A stretch of 32,000 nucleotides of DNA from Candidatus Nitrosopumilus koreensis AR1 (lineage in GTDB: Archaea; Thermoproteota; Nitrososphaeria; Nitrososphaerales; Nitrosopumilaceae). The notes under the pieces were generated by a model. That model did not search any database and had not been told where the DNA came from. It saw only the letters and a program-made list of their open reading frames with translations. The stretch spans positions 810,001 to 842,000 of the forward strand of contig NC_018655.1 of assembly GCF_000299365.1 (NCBI RefSeq). Direction: 5' to 3'. How positions within the stretch are numbered: position 1 is the first letter of the stretch; each line of letters begins with the position of its first letter. Both the position numbers and the translations under genes were made by a program. This document shows positions 26,474 to 32,000 of the stretch, in pieces.

Positions 26474-26791
26474 TTATGAACTCTTTCCATCACGCCCACT
26501 AAATTTTCCAATGGATTGAGATGTGTCAAATCCTAACCAAGTTTGGTTTTGAGATTCATGAAATTTTTGGTGTTCTATCAACTCAGAATCCCCCCAATCC
26601 CCATCATAAAGAAAAGAACATTTCTCACGATGATTGTTTTTCTGAATACCTTTACACGTAATTAACAAACAAACATCGTTGGATTTTAGAATTGAAAAAT
26701 TTTTTGTTAAAAGAGTGTGTTTGACGGCTAATGAATCTAGGGAATGGTCGGTTAAGGCAAACGTAGGAACGCCGTCAAACGGATGACTCAA
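26474..26791 (-). CDS. hypothetical protein (105 aa)
   Basis: Track ORF with TTG start. No family recognised. Same strand as, and 41 nt downstream of, the DUF922-like gene. Confidence 0.5.
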   Translation of the reverse strand: MSHPFDGVPTFALTDHSLDSLAVKHTLLTKNFSILKSNDVCLLITCKGIQKNNHREKCSFLYDGDWGDSELIEHQKFHESQNQTWLGFDTSQSIGKFSGRDGKSS

Positions 26792-27322
26792 TATTTCAAG
26801 GACATTTTAGACTAAAAGAAAGTGTATGTTTTTTTTGAACACACATCAAAAGGGATTCTCAGGCTCAAATTTACAAGTGAATAAGATCAACCCATTTTGA
26901 TCAAAATACAAGACATGTTTTATTTTAAGAATTTTTTTGAATACAAAGCATTACAAATATTGGAAGCAAGATGATTGCCTGTTTGATATCGGCCGTAACT
27001 CCCAAAGAGTCGATGCATAAAGATATCAAACTTGCTTGCTTTCCAAATCCAAACTATTAATTTTAGAGAATTTTAACCACTAATATGAATAATAGATTCT
27101 ATGTATGCATGGGCATATCCATAGTTGCATTAGCAGTAGGATTCATAATTTTATTTAGTTAAGTTTGATTAGTTTTTTTAATAATACAAATCAATTTTTG
27201 TTTCGTTTTTTTATTTTATTGTTATTTTTACATACAAAACATTGCCACAGTTATAGCTGGATTGTTGATAATCGCACTAACGCATCACGGCATTGATTAT
27301 CAACTTTTTTCTGTGGCCTAAA

Positions 27323-27574
27323 TTAGTTAGGATGAGAATTAGATGCATAATCAAATTTTTCTTGCTTAGAAAACAGTTCAAAATTATTTTTTTCCAAATC
27401 CATAATATCGTGAAATGCAGGACATGAATTATCAATTGAAAATAACTCTTGGCATTTAGGGCATTGTATAACTGCATGAATTCCCCAATCACATTCAATT
27501 TCATCAATGATTTCAAAATGAACAGACTCATTACAAATACATTTTATTGTATCTTGAAATTTTTGGCGGTTCAT
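27323..27574 (-). CDS. Cys-rich small protein (83 aa from ATG 27574)
   Basis: Track ORF 27323-27583 (TTG). MNRQKFQDTIKCICNESVHF...ECDWGIHAVIQCPKCQELFSIDNSCPAFH has C-x-C, C, CxxC, C and His ligands. The other-frame ORF 27277-27531 was rejected. Confidence 0.55.
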   Translation of the reverse strand: MNRQKFQDTIKCICNESVHFEIIDEIECDWGIHAVIQCPKCQELFSIDNSCPAFHDIMDLEKNNFELFSKQEKFDYASNSHPN

Positions 27575-27631
27575 GAAAAACAATTTCCAAAATCAAATAT
27601 AATTTATTAGTAATCAATAATTTAATGAAGT

Positions 27632-27835
27632 ATGACTGAATGTCCCACATGCAAACTTGCAATGGAATCACATTCAACATCTGAGTTAATGGAATGTTGT
27701 ATGAAACAAGTAGGAGATGAGTTCACTGAAAAACAAGAGGGAATTTGTCCTAATTGTAAACACGATATAAAGAAACACTTAGACAAAGAACTTGCAGAAT
27801 GTACCATCGAATATCTAAAATCAGGAATCCAATAA
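27632..27835 (+). CDS. small zinc-ribbon protein (67 aa)
   Basis: MTECPTCKLAM...GICPNCKHDIKKH has two CxxC knuckles. Preferred over the antisense ORF 27622-27807. Confidence 0.6.
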   Translation: MTECPTCKLAMESHSTSELMECCMKQVGDEFTEKQEGICPNCKHDIKKHLDKELAECTIEYLKSGIQ

Positions 27836-27875
27836 TTCAGATAGGATTAAACAGTAGAAAAATCAAAAAACGGCA

Positions 27876-28466
27876 TTGAATCAAACAACAAAATCATTAA
27901 TTGAAAAATTTTCTCCAATGTGGACTAATAAACAGATATGGGAATTTGATCAATTAAACGAAGATTTGAGATTTGATGCAATGTATGTCAAACCTCAAAA
28001 TTACGATGACTCATTGTGGAAGTCAAAATCATCCTTTCTCAATTCAGAAATACGAGACACAATAGTAAGAACATTTGATCATATGATTGATGGTGAGGAA
28101 TTATGGATTTCAAATGTGAATGAAAGAAAAATTGATGAAAAGTATGTGCCTTATCTCATGGCAGTAATGGCAGATGTGATGATTGAAGAAGAGATTTGCC
28201 TTAATTTTAGAATTGAGAATGAATGTTTTGTCTCATCGATTGATTCAGATGCAGATGTGATTGATTGTAAGGAATTTTTTGAAGAATTTTATCATTTAGC
28301 GACCGGTTTTAATTATGAACAAGACACAGGCATACCACAAGATGAAAATGAAGCAGAGATATACTTAACAAGACTTCAAGAGGAGTTCGATGAGAAGATG
28401 AAAGGTATTTTGGGAGACAAATACCTGCCTGGAAATAATGATCCAGATACAATAAATGCAAAATGA
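27876..28466 (+). CDS. acidic hypothetical protein (196 aa)
   Basis: Track ORF with TTG start (ATG alternative at 27918). Strongly acidic (runs of D/E). No family recognised. Confidence 0.6.
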   Translation: MNQTTKSLIEKFSPMWTNKQIWEFDQLNEDLRFDAMYVKPQNYDDSLWKSKSSFLNSEIRDTIVRTFDHMIDGEELWISNVNERKIDEKYVPYLMAVMADVMIEEEICLNFRIENECFVSSIDSDADVIDCKEFFEEFYHLATGFNYEQDTGIPQDENEAEIYLTRLQEEFDEKMKGILGDKYLPGNNDPDTINAK

Positions 28467-28502
28467 TTCAGCTAAAATACCAGATCATTCATTGATTAAA
28501 CC

Positions 28503-28838
28503 ATGTCTCAAAGAAGACCGTTTAGGAAATTTACAAAAAAAGGACCTTCGTTAACTACCGAACAAAAGGTTGAAAGATTTATTTTAAGAAATTCAGAAAA
28601 TGGGTTTTTTACAAAGGTCACAACAATTCCATACAAATTTGAGATGTCTGAAGGCAAAGCATGGGATATTGTAGGAGAATTATTAGCAAGTGGGAAAATA
28701 GAATCCATACATGATGAATTTTCAGGAGAAATGAAGTTATGCAAAGCAGGTCAAATGTATAGCATAATGAATTCAGAACAAAAAAGAAAAAGACAAAAAT
28801 CAAACAATTTTAAAAAGAAAAAATCAAAAACATCATAA
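28503..28838 (+). CDS. basic hypothetical protein, possible wHTH nucleic-acid binder (111 aa)
   Basis: Basic N- and C-termini (RRPFRKFTKK; KRKRQKSNNFKKKKSK) flank a globular core (AWDIVGELLASGKIES) resembling a winged-helix recognition region. Two antisense track ORFs were rejected. Confidence 0.6.
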   Translation: MSQRRPFRKFTKKGPSLTTEQKVERFILRNSENGFFTKVTTIPYKFEMSEGKAWDIVGELLASGKIESIHDEFSGEMKLCKAGQMYSIMNSEQKRKRQKSNNFKKKKSKTS

Positions 28839-28961
28839 AAATTATTTAAACAAATACTTATTTTCAAGAATTAATCTGAAATTTCATGGAGGATGAAAAT
28901 TTGCCTGCACAATGTCATCCCATAATAAAACTAAAAAAGAAAAAACAAGAGATTAAGAAAA

Positions 28962-29111
28962 ATGATACAGTGTAAATTATGCGGGACTCCTTTGGGAAAA
29001 GAACCAACAACAGAAGAGCTAGAAAGGCATTGGAAAAAACACCATAATTGGCATTGGGAATCTAACAAAGATAAATCGCCACAAGAGGCATTGTTGAAGA
29101 AAAGAGATTGA
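28962..29111 (+). CDS. C2H2-like small protein (49 aa)
   Basis: Below the track cutoff: MIQCKLCGTPLGKEPTTEELERHWKKHHNWHWESNKDKSPQEALLKKRD. Pattern C-x2-C-x15-H-x3-H has a non-classical spacer. Confidence 0.4.
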   Translation: MIQCKLCGTPLGKEPTTEELERHWKKHHNWHWESNKDKSPQEALLKKRD

Positions 29112-29304
29112 CAACGTCTTGGAATAGTGGTCGTTTATAGCATGCCTAGACCACTAATCGAAGGCGTCAACATAACTATGTGGTTGAGATATAAAAGAAC
29201 CAACAGGGGATAATCAAACATTTGTTTAAAAAAAAATCAAAATTAAAGCTAATGTACACAATATCAGACAGACAATTTATCAATTTTGAGCAGCATATAG
29301 TACT

Positions 29305-29442
29305 ATGAGAGATGATTTTGCAGAATACACAAAGTGTACAACATGCGGGAATGCATTACTATATTGTGACTGCAATTGTCCCTATTGTGGAAAAAGAGAA
29401 GCGTGTGAATGTGAGATTTCATCACTAAGTATCACACCCTAA
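29305..29442 (+). CDS. Cys-rich small protein (45 aa, 8 Cys)
   Basis: Below the track cutoff: MRDDFAEYTKCTTCGNALLYCDCNCPYCGKREACECEISSLSITP. The pattern CxxC-x6-CxC-x-CxxC-x5-CxC looks like two interleaved zinc sites. Confidence 0.45.
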   Translation: MRDDFAEYTKCTTCGNALLYCDCNCPYCGKREACECEISSLSITP

Positions 29443-29530
29443 TTCTCTTTATTTTGAAATTTTTTTTTCAGCTATATACTGCGAAAAAATTAACTTGTGA
29501 TTAGTAATAGGGATTTGGTAATTAAGGCAC

Positions 29531-29764
29531 ATGTCAGTAATAGAGGCATATGATATCAAGGCACGAAAAAAAGTGTCTATGAAAGACCCACAACCATATC
29601 TTATGAAAAATGGATCATGGGCACTAAAAGGAACTAGCTCTGAGACAGGGATCAAATTATTCAAAATTGTTGGAAGAACAAAACCAACAATAACCCAGTC
29701 TAGATTTGAAGCATTCAAAAATCTGTTTACAAGCAGAAAATGTGAATGTGACAAAGATTGCTAG
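29531..29764 (+). CDS. DUF5679-like small protein lacking the zinc-ribbon cysteines (77 aa)
   Basis: EAYDIKARKKVSMKDPQPYLMKNGSWALKGTSSETGIKLFKIVG aligns with my recollection of the DUF5679 consensus (..YC.KC..K.....P......NGR.A..G.CP.CGTK.F.I.). Asp, Ala, Ser and Thr occupy the four Cys positions. The C-terminal tail is CECDKDC. Antisense ORF 29449-29754 was rejected. Confidence 0.5.
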   Translation: MSVIEAYDIKARKKVSMKDPQPYLMKNGSWALKGTSSETGIKLFKIVGRTKPTITQSRFEAFKNLFTSRKCECDKDC

Positions 29765-29835
29765 TCATTATTTTTTTCATGGAAAAGTCATGTAAATATT
29801 AGAAAGCATTAATGTGAGATTTTTTTAAGAATTCT

Positions 29836-30303
29836 ATGTCATTTGAGATTGATTGGAGAAAAAATTTTTACGGAATTTCATGGGCTCACGAAAAAGATAG
29901 AATAGTTGTCACAATTGTTTTCGAAGATAAAGATGAAGCTCTTGAAATTTCAAAAAATATTGAAAATTGGAGTGAAAAATTTACTAGAATGACAATTATT
30001 GAAAAAGAAGAAGACGAATTTGCAATTTGTTGTTATCAAGATCCCCAAGTTTCAAAAAGTGACAAGCATATTGGATTATTTAGAACAGGAATGAGGCAAA
30101 GCAGCGGATATAATCAAGTAAAGCCCATTATTGAAGAAAGAGCCCCACTTTTACAAATTGCTTTTGCAGCAGACGCTATAGACATATCAACGTATGAAGA
30201 AATTTCGAAGCTTATCCCAATTAGAAAATTTAGAATAATTAGTGAAAAGGACTTGAAAAAACAAGAATACTATTATGAAAAAATGTCAAACATAGAAGAT
30301 TGA
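29836..30303 (+). CDS. hypothetical protein (155 aa)
   Basis: Track ORF with no competing frame. Followed directly by a 38-nt near-perfect palindrome. Confidence 0.6.
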   Translation: MSFEIDWRKNFYGISWAHEKDRIVVTIVFEDKDEALEISKNIENWSEKFTRMTIIEKEEDEFAICCYQDPQVSKSDKHIGLFRTGMRQSSGYNQVKPIIEERAPLLQIAFAADAIDISTYEEISKLIPIRKFRIISEKDLKKQEYYYEKMSNIED

Positions 30304-30304
30304 A

Positions 30305-30342
30305 AAATGGTAGGATTCAAAAAATTTTGAATCATACCATTT
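30305..30342. repeat. 38-nt near-perfect palindrome directly after the stop of ORF 29836-30303
   Basis: AAATGGTAGGATTCAAAA-AA/TT-TTTTGAATCATACCATTT gives 18-bp arms with one mismatch. It could act as a bidirectional terminator-like hairpin or a protein-binding site. Confidence 0.5.
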
Positions 30343-30666
30343 ATGGTCGGGTAAAAGATATCATCTGAATTTCATATAAAGAATAACTACTGATTTGTTC
30401 ATATTTTTGATACTGATGAATCGTTCATTCTTGTTAAATAGAAAATTTACCATATTTAATCATGAAAAATAACAATTACAATTCATCATGGGAAGAAGCA
30501 ATTGGTCTTTCATGGTTAATGTCTGATGAAGAACATGCCTGAATTCGTATGTAGTTCATACTGCTGTGTAAAAAAACAAAAAACGCCAACGATACACATT
30601 AGAAAAATCTAAGGGTTTATTTTTTAATTATTGTAAACATAAATTCAATAATCACGAATTGAGAAC

Positions 30667-30837
30667 ATGCACTGCGATGATAAAAGAACACTATTTGTCT
30701 TAAAACAAGGAATTGAAGAGACATGGGATTTGCTAAAAAAATCAGATTTTGCAGATGAAGATTTGATAAAAAAACTCAACAACGAGATACAAGAATATTT
30801 TGAATACAAAAAATATCATAATTTTAGAATTGCTTAA
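30667..30837 (+). CDS. possible small helical protein (56 aa)
   Basis: Below the track cutoff: MHCDDKRTLFVLKQGIEETWDLLKKSDFADEDLIKKLNNEIQEYFEYKKYHNFRIA. Protein-like composition in an otherwise unannotated 560-bp gap. Confidence 0.35.
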   Translation: MHCDDKRTLFVLKQGIEETWDLLKKSDFADEDLIKKLNNEIQEYFEYKKYHNFRIA

Positions 30838-30862
30838 GTAATATTTTGACGTATATTACTGT

Positions 30863-31255
30863 ATGAATTTTGAAAATCTCTTAAAGAGAATAATGGATTC
30901 GGATGTAAACATCAGACACAGTATAATCACAGATACTGAAGGAAACATACTTTCTACAAGTCACAGAGAAGGCATAACAAATTATCTGTCACAAGAAGAA
31001 ACAGAAGCATCTCTAAAAAGAGCAGCACAAGCATGGAAAGGAAGGAAACAGCTCAAGCCAAAAATTGGAAATGGGTTGTATGCAATAGCTGCATTTGAGA
31101 AGATTACAAGAATGACGTTTCCGCTAGGAGAAAACAATCTAATCTTTGTCAGCATGGGTTCAGATACAGTAAGGACAGATCTTCATGAAGGAGGAGAAAA
31201 ACAAATTGTCGAACATGTTCTAAACATACTTAGTCGCGACCCAACTAAAGAATAA
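30863..31255 (+). CDS. hypothetical protein, possibly Roadblock/LC7-like fold (130 aa)
   Basis: The pattern NIRHSIITDTEGNILSTS ... GLYAIAAFEKITRMTFPLGENNLIFVSMG loosely resembles archaeal Roadblock/LC7 (MglB-like) proteins. The fold call is weak. Confidence 0.55.
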   Translation: MNFENLLKRIMDSDVNIRHSIITDTEGNILSTSHREGITNYLSQEETEASLKRAAQAWKGRKQLKPKIGNGLYAIAAFEKITRMTFPLGENNLIFVSMGSDTVRTDLHEGGEKQIVEHVLNILSRDPTKE

Positions 31256-31387
31256 TCAAAGAAAAATAAATTGTCAACAATAGAACACACCAAAGAATGT
31301 CAATATAGAATGGACAATGATATGCCACATACTAATTGTTATTGTAAATGCCACAAAATCATCATGGCAGATTCTGCCAAAATGGAA

Positions 31388-31621
31388 TCAAGAACTTTTT
31401 AATTCTTTTTCAGGCTCAAAATTTTCAATGATTTCAGTCACACGAGACAGAATTGTTTCTTTAATTTGCTCTTGGGTCATACCCGAAGTATGCATGAGTT
31501 TCATTTGATCAAGGAGCGCAAAATGGACTCGTCCTTGAAGATAGTCAACTATTCCATATCCTTGTTTGGGAAATTCTGTTACAAACAAATCATGTTCAGA
31601 TTGATCAGAAGTTTCAGTCAT
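31388..31621 (-). CDS. hypothetical protein (77 aa)
   Basis: Track ORF with balanced composition. Preferred over the overlapping + ORF 31317-31508, which is hydrophobic and low-complexity. Confidence 0.55.
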   Translation of the reverse strand: MTETSDQSEHDLFVTEFPKQGYGIVDYLQGRVHFALLDQMKLMHTSGMTQEQIKETILSRVTEIIENFEPEKELKSS

Positions 31622-31693
31622 GATGAATTAATTTGTTAAAAACCAGTTATAAAATTTCCAAATACTCATAAAACTATAGAAAAGATTCACCAT

Positions 31694-32000
31694 ATGACAG
31701 AATTTATCCACAAACCATATGACAAAATCTATGTTCGAGACATGATCAAATTGGATTTAGACGATCTTATTGGAATGATGTCTTCACTAGAATCAGCCAA
31801 CGCATATTGGGTTGATGGAGTATTGTTTGCAAGTTTTGCCATGACAGAATCTGAAGAACTGGCAAAAAAAGAGATGCAAAACGAGATGTACCTTGATAAA
31901 ATCATTTTTGCAAAGTATGAAAACTATACCAAGACAGTAAAATCGTCTACTAATCTTGAAATCGGCATTCTAAACATGAGTAAAAGCAAGCTGTACAAGG
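31694..32000 (+). CDS. hypothetical protein, N-terminal fragment (runs off the window end)
   Basis: Not in the track because it has no stop. From ATG 31694 my translation is MTEFIHKPYDKIYVRDMIKLDLDDLIGMMSSLESANAYWVDGVLFASFAMTESEELAKKEMQNEMYLDKIIFAKYENYTKTVKSS..., open to the window end. Confidence 0.5.
   Translation, partial: MTEFIHKPYDKIYVRDMIKLDLDDLIGMMSSLESANAYWVDGVLFASFAMTESEELAKKEMQNEMYLDKIIFAKYENYTKTVKSSTNLEIGILNMSKSKLYK

Noticed and set aside
26981-27304. Replication-origin idea: inverted repeats flanking an AT-rich tract
   Set aside because: There is no orc1/cdc6 gene nearby. The repeats do not resemble ORB elements with a G-string. 10-bp inverted repeats with spacers under 40 nt are expected a few times by chance in this composition.
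30361-30545. Possible C/D-box sRNA (TGATGA at 30414-30419 and ~30524, CTGA motifs nearby; also ATGATGA in the minus sense near 22820)
   Set aside because: The box order and spacing (C ... D-prime ... C-prime ... D within about 50-70 nt, with terminal pairing) are not satisfied for any combination I could find.
28886-31402. Additional tiny ORFs: 28886-28975 (29 aa, overlaps the next ORF), 30462-30542 (26 aa) and 31310-31402 (30 aa, CYCKCH)
   Set aside because: They are too short and lack supporting context. Such ORFs are frequent by chance in AT-rich intergenic DNA. They are noted only in case ribosome profiling is available.
25293-31508. Track ORFs 25293-25502 (-), 27277-27531 (-), 27622-27807 (-), 28508-28744 (-), 28618-28803 (-), 29449-29754 (-) and 31317-31508 (+)
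   Set aside because: Each competes with an opposite-strand or other-frame ORF that has ligand patterns or better composition. For example, the perfect C2H2 finger at 25382-25513 lies opposite 25293-25502.
1-32000. CRISPR arrays, tRNA/rRNA genes, transposases, integrases and terminal inverted repeats of a mobile element
   Set aside because: I saw no periodic direct repeats, no tRNA-like GTTCGAATC/T-loop context, and no recombinase or transposase-like translation. The 22-32 kb accessory-looking stretch has no recognisable boundaries, so I do not call it a mobile element.

Overview
AT-rich (about one-third GC by eye) archaeal chromosomal segment. The gene content (PurP, aRF1, archaeal-type AspRS in an aspS-gatCAB operon, a PEFG-CTERM-anchored protein, many tiny zinc-finger ORFs) suggests an ammonia-oxidising thaumarchaeon of the Nitrosopumilus type; that assignment is inference. 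1-9.9 kb is housekeeping: a partial acyl-CoA synthetase, aspS-gatC-gatA-gatB plus a coupled 87-aa ORF, purP and a hydantoinase-family gene. 9.9-15.5 kb is a metal-homeostasis block: an FTR1 iron permease with a roughly 460-aa N-terminal ectodomain, a PEFG-CTERM paralogue of that ectodomain, two tandem ArsR-like wHTH regulators, and cbtA/cbtB. 15.6-22.2 kb is housekeeping again: a response regulator, a DUF4443-like regulator, a DsbA-like oxidoreductase, aRF1, a HIT protein and ilvD. 22.2-32 kb looks accessory: an XPD/DinG-family helicase flanked by an Rx4H (HEPN-like) protein and a UvrC-like mini GIY-YIG protein, a DUF922-type HExxH protein, and a run of small hypothetical, Cys-rich or zinc-finger ORFs, several below the 60-aa track cutoff. 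I found no rRNA, tRNA, CRISPR array, transposase or integrase. The best-supported new observations are these. (1) An exact palindrome ATTCTA-N6-TAGAAT occurs three times, each at a fixed position upstream of the TATA box of the iron genes or the regulator pair, suggesting a putative autoregulated iron regulon. (2) An AYL-x-N/S-Y/F-E-Y/F-V/L-E helical module is shared between the permease ectodomain and the anchored protein. (3) The helicase/HEPN-like/GIY-YIG-like neighbourhood is a speculative nucleic-acid-targeting module, and the helicase Walker A is cut off from its ATG by a +1 shift in a homopolymer. (4) A second 5-prime homopolymer frameshift sits in the DUF4443-like gene. All family names come from memory of sequence signatures; no database search was possible.
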